A DNA stretch of 64,000 nt from Patescibacteria group bacterium (GTDB taxonomy: Bacteria > Patescibacteriota > Microgenomatia > UBA10105 > UBA927): assembly GCA_018821245.1 (NCBI GenBank), contig JAHJMO010000002.1, positions 9,231 through 73,230 on the forward strand, given 5' to 3'. The notes beneath the pieces were generated by a model, which did no database searches, was not told the origin of the DNA, and saw only the letters and a list, made by a program, of their open reading frames with translations. Below are positions 28,589 through 38,371 of the stretch, one piece after another; position 1 is the stretch's first letter, and every line of letters starts with the position of its first letter. Made by a program: the position numbers and the translations under genes.

Positions 28589-28729
28589 ATGGCAAATATG
28601 TATTGCGTAAAATGTCGAGCGAAGAGAGAGGATCCGAATGCCGTAAAAGTGACCATGAAAAACGGCAAGCCAGCAATGAAAGGCAAATGCCCAACATGCG
28701 GCACGGGTATGTACAAGATTGGCGGCTAA
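28589..28729 (+). CDS. Zinc-ribbon microprotein (DUF5679-like), 46 aa
   Basis: SD GGAGGTGA; MANMYCVKCRAKREDPNAVKVTMKNGKPAMKGKCPTCGTGMYKIGG; below the ORF-track cutoff. Confidence 0.85.
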   Translation: MANMYCVKCRAKREDPNAVKVTMKNGKPAMKGKCPTCGTGMYKIGG

Positions 28730-28753
28730 TTTTTTTGCAAAGAAATTGGGAGA

Positions 28754-28779
28754 AACCCCGCCGTACTTTCGGCGGGGTT
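28754..28779 (+). terminator. GC-rich hairpin terminator
   Basis: aaccccgccg-tacttt-cggcggggtt. Confidence 0.7.
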
Positions 28780-28799
28780 ATTGTGGTATACTACACACC

Positions 28800-29331
28800 G
28801 CACATTGGAATCCGAGCTCTCGCCCCGCCGAAGTGTGCCATGAGCCGTGTACGAATAGTACTGAAAAGGCGAATGGCAAGCGGAGTGCGGGGAGGAAAGT
28901 CCGGACAGCAGAATGCAGGGGACGGAGCGAAAGCTCCGACCCCGATTTTATATCGGGGCTGGTGTTCCGACGCCGAAAGGCAGTTGGGAACGAATCCTGA
29001 AATGAAGCGCAAGCTTCACGCCTCGGTGAAAACGAGGTGTGACAGGATGAGAGAGTCACAGAGACGATCATTAACCTGTAGCCCGACGGCTATGGTTGAT
29101 GGGTGAAACGCGTCCCGCCATGCCTTACCATTCGCCTTAGTAGATTTCTACTGCGGCTCATGGAACGGCTATTGGCGGGCAAGGGCAATCCCACCCGCTG
29201 CAACCGACGAAGTTACCGCCATAAGCATGCATTCGCGATCCTCCAATATTGGCAGGAGCGGTACCAAGAGTGCGGGCACTAGAGAAATGAGAGTTTAGAA
29301 ACAGAATCCGGCTTACGAGATTCCGATGTGC
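28800..29331 (+). ncRNA. rnpB: RNase P RNA, enlarged (~530 nt)
   Basis: P1 GCACATTGGAATC/GATTCCGATGTGC, GAGGAAAGTCC at 28892, ACAGAATCCGGCTTA at 29301; TATACT -10 upstream. Confidence 0.93.
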
Positions 29332-29333
29332 AC

Positions 29334-29366
29334 AAAAAAGCCTCTTGTACTTCAAGAGGTTTTTTG
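29334..29366. terminator. Bidirectional intrinsic terminator
   Basis: aaaaaagcctcttg-tactt-caagaggtttttt. Confidence 0.8.
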
Positions 29367-29377
29367 TGGAAGAATAA

Positions 29378-30355
29378 CTATTTTCTTTTCATGTTCTCTG
29401 CTAAAAACGCTCCGATTGATTCCTGTAGGACCAGTAGGACCGGGACGGCGAGGATTGCACCGGACAGCCCTGCAAGCCTGGCGCCAATCATAAGAGACAG
29501 GATCGTCACCAAGGGTGAAAGACCCACGCTTTTTTTCATCACCAAGGGCACAATCAAATTATTTTCAAGCTGCTGAACGATAATGTAGAGCGCCACAACA
29601 GACAGTGCAAGGAGCGGCGACGTTGCCAACGTGATAAGTACAGCCGGTATTGCCGAAACAACCGGTCCGATAACAGGAACGATTTCCAGGAGTCCCGCAA
29701 TAATGGCCAAAGGGAGTGCGAATTCTACCCGGAGGATCGCAAGCCCGACATATACCAATGCTCCAACAATAAACATAAGAAACACTTGCCCCCTTACCCA
29801 CGCGCCAAGCCTTTTTTCGATAATCCCTACTACGGCAATGACCCGACCGGCTGCCTCCGCTCCCATAAACTTTGACAGAAATTCATCTGTATGGGTTCTG
29901 GCAAGAAGAAAATAGAATGTAAAAACAAGAATGGATAATGTCGTCACGATATTTGAGAACACGCCCACTGTTATTCGTATGACGTTCTCTCCAATAGGAG
30001 AAAGCTGTTGAGCAAGCACGCGCTCGTCTATGTGCCAATACGGTAATACCCGTTCTACAACCCCCGGAAGAACCTGAATAAACTTATTGGACTGAGTAAT
30101 AAACGTAGGAACAGTCTGCGCAATACCGGCGCTGAACACACCCAACACAATGCCGTAGATGAAAAGGACCGCCAGAATACGCGGGATCTTTACCCGCTCC
30201 AAAGAGTCAACGAGCGGACGCAGTGCACTCATGAGAATAAAAGAAACAAAAACAAGGAAGAGAATGTCGCGAATCTGTACCAAAAACCACAATCCCACAA
30301 GAAGAAGGACTGTAAAAATAATAGTACGGTGAGATATTTCTATTTTAGAAACCAT
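29378..30355 (-). CDS. AI-2E family transporter (PerM-like)
   Basis: Multi-TM; IVPVIGPVVSAIP, QQLENNLIVPLVM, GAILAVP. Confidence 0.92.
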   Translation of the reverse strand: MVSKIEISHRTIIFTVLLLVGLWFLVQIRDILFLVFVSFILMSALRPLVDSLERVKIPRILAVLFIYGIVLGVFSAGIAQTVPTFITQSNKFIQVLPGVVERVLPYWHIDERVLAQQLSPIGENVIRITVGVFSNIVTTLSILVFTFYFLLARTHTDEFLSKFMGAEAAGRVIAVVGIIEKRLGAWVRGQVFLMFIVGALVYVGLAILRVEFALPLAIIAGLLEIVPVIGPVVSAIPAVLITLATSPLLALSVVALYIIVQQLENNLIVPLVMKKSVGLSPLVTILSLMIGARLAGLSGAILAVPVLLVLQESIGAFLAENMKRK

Positions 30356-30358
30356 AGG

Positions 30359-31375
30359 TTATCCATGAGTATACCATGCATCAACAAGCTTTTCTACTTT
30401 TACTCTGTAAGACTTATTGCAAATATCATACCATTGTGCCGAAAAGTTTTTCTTAAACCATGTAACCTGCCTTCGTGCATACGCATGTTCATCGCTCTTC
30501 CACTGATTCACGGCGCCTATGAACATCTGTGGTTTGTCCTTATCCGGCGCTTCGATATAACTCTTCCACTGCCTATATCCTAAAGCGGCAAATGATGGCA
30601 GGTCCCAGGTATATCCTTTACGCAACAAGTCTTCTATTTCCGCTATCATCCCCTGTTCAATGCGCCTGTCCACCCGGGCATCGACCCGGCGGTATAATAC
30701 CGACAAAGCAGTGGACAATACAATAGCACAAACATCATGCTTTGTTTGAAAAAATTCTCTTTCACACGCGGGTTTATTTGTTTTGTGAGAGTTGACTATC
30801 TCGATTTTGCGAATCAACCGTCTGGGGTTTTGCCTGTCTGATGCGTTTAACCTGTCCCAAATCATGGGCGCGATACTGCATAATTCTGCCTGAAGATAGT
30901 CAAGAGACTTGTCTTGTAAGTGTCTGCGCAGCGTGACATCCGGCGGAATATGAATAGTCTCCAAGTGATCAGTAAGCGATTTTACGTACAAACCCGTCCC
31001 TCCAACCACAATCGGCAGCTTTCCCCTGCTCCATATATTATCTATAACGGCTGTGGCCAACGCCTGATAGTGCGCGACACTAAATGCCTCATCAGGCCGA
31101 ACCACGTCATACATCCAAATCGGAATATTATTTAATAAGTAAGGAAATACTGTGTATATATTATTTTTGTATTTAACTGTGAACTGTAAAATTTCAAATA
31201 TGAACTTTTTACCTGGCAGATCCTTTCCTGTCCCTATGTCCATACCCCTATACCCTTGCCGGGAGTCGGCGCTCACCAACTCACCGTCATATTTTTGAGC
31301 CAACTTCAATGACAACGCCGTCTTCCCTGTCGCCGTCGGCCCGCAGATGATCAATAATTTATTCTGTGGCTTCAT
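30359..31375 (-). CDS. miaA: tRNA dimethylallyltransferase
   Basis: GPTATGKT, SADSRQ.YRGMDIGTGK, VGGTGLY, YARRQVTWF. Confidence 0.95.
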   Translation of the reverse strand: MKPQNKLLIICGPTATGKTALSLKLAQKYDGELVSADSRQGYRGMDIGTGKDLPGKKFIFEILQFTVKYKNNIYTVFPYLLNNIPIWMYDVVRPDEAFSVAHYQALATAVIDNIWSRGKLPIVVGGTGLYVKSLTDHLETIHIPPDVTLRRHLQDKSLDYLQAELCSIAPMIWDRLNASDRQNPRRLIRKIEIVNSHKTNKPACEREFFQTKHDVCAIVLSTALSVLYRRVDARVDRRIEQGMIAEIEDLLRKGYTWDLPSFAALGYRQWKSYIEAPDKDKPQMFIGAVNQWKSDEHAYARRQVTWFKKNFSAQWYDICNKSYRVKVEKLVDAWYTHG

Positions 31376-31415
31376 ATTCACATGTTAACACGTTAATATA
31401 TATTGCTCTTGAAAC

Positions 31416-32531
31416 TTATTGTTTTTTCACTAAATTCGGTTTATTAATCAAGTCTTCCAAAAACTTCCAACGGCGTTTTTTTTTGGAATGAGGAACGTCA
31501 TCTTTGTAAATTTTGTGGGCGGTTGTCAACGGCCGGTCGGAGTAAACAGAAATGTATGCTTTGTAAAATCCGGCTTTTTTGCAGAGGTCAACGGTATTTT
31601 GAAACTGCTCTTCGGTTTCTCCGGGAAATCCGACAATAATATCTGTGCTTAATTGTATAGTATTAATTTTTGATTTTAACTTAGCGATGAGTTTTATGTA
31701 CTCGTCGCGGGTGTACCACCGGTTCATCTTTCGAAGGATTTTGTTATCGCCTGATTGTACCGGCAAATGGATCTGGCGGGAGACGTTCGGATTTTTTGCA
31801 ATTACATCTATCAAATCATCGGAAAAATCCCAAGGATTACTTGAAATAAAATCAATTAGTTTAATTCCTTTTATTCTACAAATTTCTTCCAAAAGCTGCG
31901 GGAACAACGTCGGGATTCTCAATCTCCCTAAGTGTTTAACATAAACCGGCTTTACTCCTGTATTTACAATATCTGCACCATAAGAATTGACGTTCTGGCC
32001 AACCAGAGTGATATGCGTATAGCCGCTTTTGGCCAACTCCATACATTCGGCAATAATCTCTTCAAACGGCCGGCTGACTTCCCGTCCGCGTGTAAACGGT
32101 ACGACACAGTACGTACAGAAATTATTACAGCCGTTGCTGATCGGCACTAACGCGTGTTTAGCGTCGCCCCGAAGGGGCGCGTGGTCAAAACCAACCTCCT
32201 CAATCGGCAAAAATTCATCAACTTCCGGTAGTTTCTTTTTGAAAAGTGCTAACATTTTCCCCGTTTTTTCGCGCACTGCCATCCCAACCATACAGCCGGT
32301 GACCACAATCTTAAATTTAAAATTTTCAGTTTTTAATTTTGATAAATTTTTTACTAATCCATACACTCTGTTTTCCGCAGACTCGCGGATCATGCAGGTA
32401 TTAATGACAACTACGTCAGCATCTTTAATCAATTTGGCTTTTTTATACCCCCTTCCCTCATAACCGGCCGCGATCCGCTCGCTGTCAGCAACGTTTTGGG
32501 CGCAGCCGAAGGTAACGATGTGATATTTCAT
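31416..32531 (-). CDS. miaB: MiaB-like radical SAM methylthiotransferase (no TRAM domain)
   Basis: TFGCAQN, NTC, CNNFCTYC, HLPVQSG, TDIIVGFPGET; adjacent to miaA. Confidence 0.85.
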   Translation of the reverse strand: MKYHIVTFGCAQNVADSERIAAGYEGRGYKKAKLIKDADVVVINTCMIRESAENRVYGLVKNLSKLKTENFKFKIVVTGCMVGMAVREKTGKMLALFKKKLPEVDEFLPIEEVGFDHAPLRGDAKHALVPISNGCNNFCTYCVVPFTRGREVSRPFEEIIAECMELAKSGYTHITLVGQNVNSYGADIVNTGVKPVYVKHLGRLRIPTLFPQLLEEICRIKGIKLIDFISSNPWDFSDDLIDVIAKNPNVSRQIHLPVQSGDNKILRKMNRWYTRDEYIKLIAKLKSKINTIQLSTDIIVGFPGETEEQFQNTVDLCKKAGFYKAYISVYSDRPLTTAHKIYKDDVPHSKKKRRWKFLEDLINKPNLVKKQ

Positions 32532-32674
32532 AGCCTATATCCTAAACAGATGACTCTATTACATTGATTACCAGCGGAGTCCGCAGAAGCGAACATTCGG
32601 CTGCGTGGACGTAGACCACGAGTCGAATTTGAGCGAAGGCGGGCGCAGCCGAAGGTAACGATGTGATATTTCAT
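32498..32674. repeat. 34-bp direct repeat duplicating the miaB 5' end
   Basis: gggcgcagccgaaggtaacgatgtgatatttcat at 32498-32531 and 32641-32674. Confidence 0.95.
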
Positions 32675-32704
32675 CGAGATGTATTGTACCAAAATACGAG
32701 GAGA

Positions 32705-33496
32705 TTATTCTTTCCCGACAATTACCTGGACGTCGTAGGCGGAATCCGAAGACAAAGTGGCGGCAGGCGTGCCGATAACATAGTCTTCCTGCAAGTCCTT
32801 CTCAAGAAGCGATAAATATGCCCGGCTCTCTGCTTTCGCGATGATTTCTGTCTCCTGATAATCATAATTTTCTGCGTTACTCACGTCTTCCACGGTATAC
32901 CCCTTCTCTTCCAAAAACGTCTTCATCGTGCCGGCTGCTCCGGCAATACCTGAGCCATTGAGCACTTGAACCTTAAGATCGGCACGCTGAAGTTCGCCAG
33001 GCGTGGGTGTTGCGACGGGTGCTGGAGTCGGGGTCGGTGTAGATTGGACAGTAATCTTCGGCAACGATATCGAACCCCTGGCAACGGCGACTAACCCAAA
33101 ACCAACGACAGCCGCCACTCCCAAGACAATAGCCGCCCACAACCAAATAGGGACAACGGCAGAATTTTTGTGCATGGAAATGTCAGCGGTTTCCGCAGTG
33201 TTTTTGGAAGTAAATAATTCTTCAACGACTTCTTTCCGCTTCTCATCGGAGGCTTCCTGATTTTTCTCTTCCACTTCATCCGTTCCCTGCTTCTCTTCAT
33301 CCTCTGTCTCCCGCGTGGGTGGTGCTTCATCAGGCAACGCTTCCGCAGGTTTACTGTCAACGACGTCCTTCGGTGGATCTTCGGAAACCTCGGGAACCAG
33401 GGTAATCTCCTCCTCGATCACTTCCACAATGTGCCGTACCGGAGGTGTATCTGTGGATTTAGCTGCTTTTTTCTTCGCTGATCGAACCCCTGGCAT
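32705..33496 (-). CDS. Membrane protein with LytR C-terminal domain
   Basis: Acidic N-terminus, TM, PT linker, VQVLNGSGIAGAAG...DVQVIVGK. Confidence 0.85.
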   Translation of the reverse strand: MPGVRSAKKKAAKSTDTPPVRHIVEVIEEEITLVPEVSEDPPKDVVDSKPAEALPDEAPPTRETEDEEKQGTDEVEEKNQEASDEKRKEVVEELFTSKNTAETADISMHKNSAVVPIWLWAAIVLGVAAVVGFGLVAVARGSISLPKITVQSTPTPTPAPVATPTPGELQRADLKVQVLNGSGIAGAAGTMKTFLEEKGYTVEDVSNAENYDYQETEIIAKAESRAYLSLLEKDLQEDYVIGTPAATLSSDSAYDVQVIVGKE

Positions 33497-33541
33497 ACTA
33501 TATACAGTATACAGAAAACCATGTGCTAATCAAGTGCTTTA

Positions 33542-34330
33542 TCAACTGCTGGCACTTGCGTAGTAGCGAAGGGCAAATCGCCAAATTCGACGAGATAAAT
33601 AGAAAAAAAATGTCGATAAGACAAGCAGCCTAATGATTTCTACCCAAGTAAATTTCCCCATGAGAATATGTGCAGGAGTATTAATAATAAGTGTAATCGG
33701 CAACAATATGAAAAACAATACATTTATTAGCTGCTGGGCTACTTCCCGAGGGAACCGGGCAAAGCTTTCGAAAGAATACAAGAGCAGTACTAAATTTGAC
33801 AAACTGCTATCCCATATAAGCACACTTAATGTGGAATACCATAATGAATATAATAAAACCAAAGAGAAAAACGCGATCGTGATTACGCTGAGCATTTGCA
33901 CAAACGTGACAGCAATTCCTAATATATTAATAAACCATAGGGTATAACAACCAGCCATGAGAATTCTTAAAATGATAGTAAAATCGACCAACCAAAAACT
34001 CAAGGCAAACTGTGAATCTATTGGTTTGGTCAGAATCAAATCCAAATCACCAAGGTGAATCACTCTGGAGAACCTGCGCATGTTGACTGAAATCAGCATG
34101 TGGAATACACCGATGATCATCCCGTAAAGCCCATTGAATAATAATATTTCCTGCCTGCTCCAACCGTATGCTGTGTTGATATTGTTGGTAAGAAGATAAA
34201 TAGAATATAGAGATATAAATCCCCACCCCACACTTGCTATTATGCTGTTGACAAAATTAGCACGATAAGCAGTTACATTGGCAAAATTTAATCCCAATAA
34301 TTTTTTGTAAATCCGTAAGTAACGAAACAT
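33542..34330 (-). CDS. ABC-2 family transporter permease
   Basis: GDLDLILTKPID, multi-TM, ends YASASS. Confidence 0.88.
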   Translation of the reverse strand: MFRYLRIYKKLLGLNFANVTAYRANFVNSIIASVGWGFISLYSIYLLTNNINTAYGWSRQEILLFNGLYGMIIGVFHMLISVNMRRFSRVIHLGDLDLILTKPIDSQFALSFWLVDFTIILRILMAGCYTLWFINILGIAVTFVQMLSVITIAFFSLVLLYSLWYSTLSVLIWDSSLSNLVLLLYSFESFARFPREVAQQLINVLFFILLPITLIINTPAHILMGKFTWVEIIRLLVLSTFFFYLSRRIWRFALRYYASASS

Positions 34331-34331
34331 A

Positions 34332-35114
34332 TTATTGGCCTACGGCGGTAAAACGTCTTAAACCGGAGCGCCATACCAGCCGATAAAGCCACAAAAAAAA
34401 CAAAATCCATAATATTTGAGCACCGATAACCTTCCAAAGTCCCAATACGCTCATATTTCCCTGGAAAGCTATTACCGGATAATAAATCATGTGGGCAATC
34501 GGACCAGCAAGAGCTACCTCACGCAAGCCGCCCGGAAGCAGGCTCAAAGGAAGTATATAACCTGCAAAAATTAAAGAGATCATCGTTTCCAGGTTATTTA
34601 CCCCTCTAAAATCAGTTACCCAAAAGGCCGATAATCCCACAATCATCTTATAGGTAAAAGATAATAAATATCCAAAAAGTATTATGAGGGCAATATACGG
34701 ATACTGCGCCGGCTTTGCTAAAGGAAATTTATAGAACGCGATGGCCGTGCATAAAATTATAACTCCGAATGTTCCTTGTATAATCCGCCACGGAAGCTCC
34801 TGACAGAATTTAATCCAGTAATACGAAAACGGCTTGGTCAAATATCGCGAAAGCCATCCTAACTGAATGTCTTCAAAAGCAACTTCCTCCTCAATGTGTA
34901 CATGCAGCAAACATCCAGCTATTATCATAAGAAGGTAATATGAGACTGCGCCCGGCAAATTCCAAACAGAATTATTATCAAGAATTGCTCCTCTCCAAAA
35001 CAACAGATACATCGCTGATTCAGATAAAGTAACCAAAAACCAAACGAGGGACCGCCATTTATATTCTAAAGCATGCTGACTGTATAGGAGGAATATCCGT
35101 AATATTCTACGCAT
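34332..35114 (-). CDS. ABC-2 family transporter permease
   Basis: GWLSRYLTKP, LPLSLLP, ends GLRRFTAVGQ. Confidence 0.88.
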   Translation of the reverse strand: MRRILRIFLLYSQHALEYKWRSLVWFLVTLSESAMYLLFWRGAILDNNSVWNLPGAVSYYLLMIIAGCLLHVHIEEEVAFEDIQLGWLSRYLTKPFSYYWIKFCQELPWRIIQGTFGVIILCTAIAFYKFPLAKPAQYPYIALIILFGYLLSFTYKMIVGLSAFWVTDFRGVNNLETMISLIFAGYILPLSLLPGGLREVALAGPIAHMIYYPVIAFQGNMSVLGLWKVIGAQILWILFFLWLYRLVWRSGLRRFTAVGQ

Positions 35115-36087
35115 ATTTATTTTTTGCAAACACATCGCGGATTACTTCTTCGATATCCGGTTCTTCAATATTAAGATCGTCAACCGGAAACTTCTGGAGA
35201 AGTTGTGCCGCTGCCACGTTGGAGGCATTTCTGGCAACACGTATGACTGCTTTGGGAAAATTGTATTCTACCAATTCTCCTATTTCCTGAAATGCAACCG
35301 GCGTAACATACGTGTCTAACACAATGGACAGTACTTTATATTTGGCAAATTTTGCCACCAGCTTTTCCAGCTTACCGTCGTACACAATGCTCCCATGATC
35401 GATGATGACCACCCGTTTGGCCAGCTGCCGTACGTCTTCCATATAATGAGACGTAAGTAGAATTGTGGAATTGTGAAAGGTATTATAGTTTTGTATGAAA
35501 TCACGCATCTTTTTCTGCATCACTACGTCCAAACCGATCGTGGGTTCATCTAAAAACAAAACCTTGGGGCTGTGGAGGAGAGCGGCGATAATCTCCATCT
35601 TCATGCGCTCCCCCAAAGACAGCTTACGCACCTGTACCTTAAGAAGGTCAGAAACGTCCAAAAGCTCCACAAGTTCTTTGAGTGTTTTGTGATACTCCGT
35701 ATCGGGGATTTCGTAGATTTCTTTGTTCAAAAGAAACGTTTCAACAGCCGGTAAATCCCACCAAAGCTGATTTTTCTGTCCCATAACCAGGGCAATCTGT
35801 TTAAGGAATGCGTTTTTGCGGTCAAACGGGGTATATCCCAACACGGACACCTTGCCGCTTGTAGGGTAAAGAAGCCCCGACAGACACTTGAGAGTCGTGG
35901 TTTTCCCCGCGCCGTTGGGACCGATGAACCCCACGAGCTCGCCTTGGCCCACCTCAAACGAAATGTCGTCGACTGCATGAACCGTATCGAATGTGCGAGT
36001 AAAAAGCGACCGTATGGAACCCATAAATCCAGGCTCTTTGCGGTGAACCCGATAATATTTTTTGAGATGGGAAACAGAGATAACCAT
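35107..36087 (-). CDS. ABC transporter ATP-binding protein
   Basis: GPNGAGKTT, LSLGERMK, LFLDEPT; start MVISVSH. Confidence 0.93.
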   Translation of the reverse strand: MVISVSHLKKYYRVHRKEPGFMGSIRSLFTRTFDTVHAVDDISFEVGQGELVGFIGPNGAGKTTTLKCLSGLLYPTSGKVSVLGYTPFDRKNAFLKQIALVMGQKNQLWWDLPAVETFLLNKEIYEIPDTEYHKTLKELVELLDVSDLLKVQVRKLSLGERMKMEIIAALLHSPKVLFLDEPTIGLDVVMQKKMRDFIQNYNTFHNSTILLTSHYMEDVRQLAKRVVIIDHGSIVYDGKLEKLVAKFAKYKVLSIVLDTYVTPVAFQEIGELVEYNFPKAVIRVARNASNVAAAQLLQKFPVDDLNIEEPDIEEVIRDVFAKNKYA

Positions 36088-36116
36088 GAATAATCTACTA
36101 AGCTCCAGTATACCAA

Positions 36117-36148
36117 AAGAGACATCCCCCGGAATGAGGGAGTCTCTT
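36117..36148 (-). terminator. Hairpin terminator after the HU gene
   Basis: aagagac...gtctctt stem followed by T run on the minus strand. Confidence 0.55.
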
Positions 36149-36175
36149 AAAGTATAGTCGATAAACGATATTGTA

Positions 36176-36448
36176 TTACCGTACGACTTTCTTAAGTGCT
36201 TTTCCTGCCGTAAAACCCGGAGTCTTGCGCGCAGAAATGTTGATGGGAGCACCTGTTTGCGGATTGCGACCTGTCCGAGCCTTACGGGATCGAACCATGA
36301 ATGTCCCAAATCCTGTGACCACCACTTTGTCGCCTTTTTTAAGCGCATCAGTAATAGAGCCAAACACTGCGGCGACTGATTCTCGCGCAGCTTTTGCAGT
36401 CAAACTGGCCTTTTTGGCAACAACTTCGACTAAATCTGCTTTTGTCAT
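36176..36448 (-). CDS. hup: DNA-binding protein HU
   Basis: MTKADLV...GFGTF...RKARTGRNPQTG; SD GGAGGTGA. Confidence 0.96.
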   Translation of the reverse strand: MTKADLVEVVAKKASLTAKAARESVAAVFGSITDALKKGDKVVVTGFGTFMVRSRKARTGRNPQTGAPINISARKTPGFTAGKALKKVVR

Positions 36449-36622
36449 GAATATATTCACCTCCCTCCGGGCAGAGCATTAGAACAAGAAAAAAAATATT
36501 GGGGATTGCTGTTACAATCTCTATAACGCAATGTAAATAATTCGGGGCATCCTGTCAAGGTATCAAATAAACTATCGCACTATAACAATCCGGATATTAG
36601 TATATATCCTAAATGGAGCGCC

Positions 36623-38185
36623 CTACTTCGCTACTTCTACGGCTCGAAGCTCCCTGACTACCGTGATCTTCACCTGCCCGGGATACGTAACTTTCTTTTC
36701 AATTTCTTCTTTCATCGTTTGAGCCATAACGGTTGCCTCTGAGTCACTTACTTTACCCGGATCGACGATAACACGAAGTTCTCTACCGGCTTGAAACGCA
36801 AAGGCTTCTTCTACACCAGACTGAGATTTAGCAATTGCTTCTAAATCCGACAAACGCTTCACGTACTCTTCATAATTTTCATACCTTGCCCCCGGGCGGC
36901 TGCCGGAAATTGCATCTGCAATGTAGACAAGTACCGACTCTATTGAACTAAAGGGTATATCCTCATGGTGCTGCGCTACACAATCAATCACTTTTTGCGG
37001 CATGCCGTATTTCTTCAGAGCATTAACTCCCAACTCTATGTGATTTCCCTCCTCTCCGACAATGACCTTCCCGACGTCATGAAGCAAACAGCCTAATCGT
37101 ACTACGTTGACATCGGCGCCGACTTCACCAGCGAGAGCTATTCCTATCTTCGTTTCTTCAAGCGTGTGGGCGATCATATTTTGCCCATAGGAAAATCGGT
37201 ATTTAAAGCGCCCTAAAAGTGCAACAAGCGGCGGAGGGAGATTGTATACGGAGACGGCATGACAAAGCTTCTGTCCTTCTTCAAACATGATCCTGTCAAT
37301 TTCCTTTTTCACCTGTGCTATGATATCTTCTATCCTCCCCGGCTGTACTCGTCCGTCACGCAATAACCGTTCCAGGGTGACACGGGCAATTTCACGGCGT
37401 ACAGGATCAAAACAGGAAAGACGGATAACTCCCTCTTCGTCTAAATCAACATCTACCCCGGTTGCTGTCTCAAAAGCGCGGATGTTGCGGCCTTCTTTAC
37501 CAATAATACGGCCCTTCACATCCTCATCTTTTATCTTTATCACAGAAACCGTATACTCCGCGACATAATCGGTGGCTCCATGACGCATAGCGTCAACCAA
37601 AATCTCCTGGGCTTTCTTCTCCGCTTCCTCATGTGCCTGGGCAGTCGCACGCTCTATCTCCCTGGCGATTTCTCCTGTGAGTTTTTCGTGGAGTTGCCCT
37701 AAAAGCATTGCCTTTGCTTCATCGCTGGTAAGCTTTGCCGTACGCTCAAGATTTTTCAGCTGTTCTTTTTGTATAGCTTCCAGCTTCTCAAGGATTTTCT
37801 GTTTCTCTACTTCCTGCTGTCGCAAATGTTCTTCTCGTGATTCAAGCATGCCGACTCTGCGGTCTATAAGCTCCGTCTTCTTTCGCATGTCACCTTCTGC
37901 TTCACGAAGGATCCGAAGCGCCTCGTCTTTGGCCTCTAAAATCAATTCCTTCGCTTTCGTCTCTAGAGAACGCAACTCTCCGGAAACTTCCTCCGGTGGA
38001 AAAGCTACAGACGGTTCCGCTTTGGCGACCGGATGCCCGGGAGTTTTGACCGTCTTTTGGGAAGTTACTTTCTTCGCTTGTTCCCGATGATCAACGGGAG
38101 AAAGATAGCTGTCCTGTGCCTTTGGTCCTGCGGCCGACCGCTTTATTTTCACTAAACCGGAAAGGGTTTTGAGAACGTCAAACAT
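36623..38185 (-). CDS. rny: Ribonuclease Y
   Basis: Coiled coil, KH KGRIIGKEGRNIR, HD LLHDVGK, AFQAGRELRV. Confidence 0.96.
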   Translation of the reverse strand: MFDVLKTLSGLVKIKRSAAGPKAQDSYLSPVDHREQAKKVTSQKTVKTPGHPVAKAEPSVAFPPEEVSGELRSLETKAKELILEAKDEALRILREAEGDMRKKTELIDRRVGMLESREEHLRQQEVEKQKILEKLEAIQKEQLKNLERTAKLTSDEAKAMLLGQLHEKLTGEIAREIERATAQAHEEAEKKAQEILVDAMRHGATDYVAEYTVSVIKIKDEDVKGRIIGKEGRNIRAFETATGVDVDLDEEGVIRLSCFDPVRREIARVTLERLLRDGRVQPGRIEDIIAQVKKEIDRIMFEEGQKLCHAVSVYNLPPPLVALLGRFKYRFSYGQNMIAHTLEETKIGIALAGEVGADVNVVRLGCLLHDVGKVIVGEEGNHIELGVNALKKYGMPQKVIDCVAQHHEDIPFSSIESVLVYIADAISGSRPGARYENYEEYVKRLSDLEAIAKSQSGVEEAFAFQAGRELRVIVDPGKVSDSEATVMAQTMKEEIEKKVTYPGQVKITVVRELRAVEVAK

Positions 38186-38371
38186 ATGCGTTCAATTCTG
38201 GGGACGACAAGTAGAAAAACAGGCAAAATTCCCTTGCTTTACAAAAAAGCAGGCTTGTGTGTAGGAGGATAAAAAAACATACGTGCTGTCATATAATCCT
38301 ACGCCAATGCTTTACAAAAATATTGTATACAAGGGTGCTCTTTTTTTTCTTTTGTGCGCCCTCTGATTGCT

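Noticed and set aside
28603-29355. ORFs of 65-167 aa over the rnpB region
   Set aside because: They overlap the RNase P RNA and the zinc-ribbon gene, with no protein motifs.
36088-36363. N-terminal extension of the ABC ATPase
   Set aside because: Overlaps hup in another frame; the conserved domain begins at ATG 36087.
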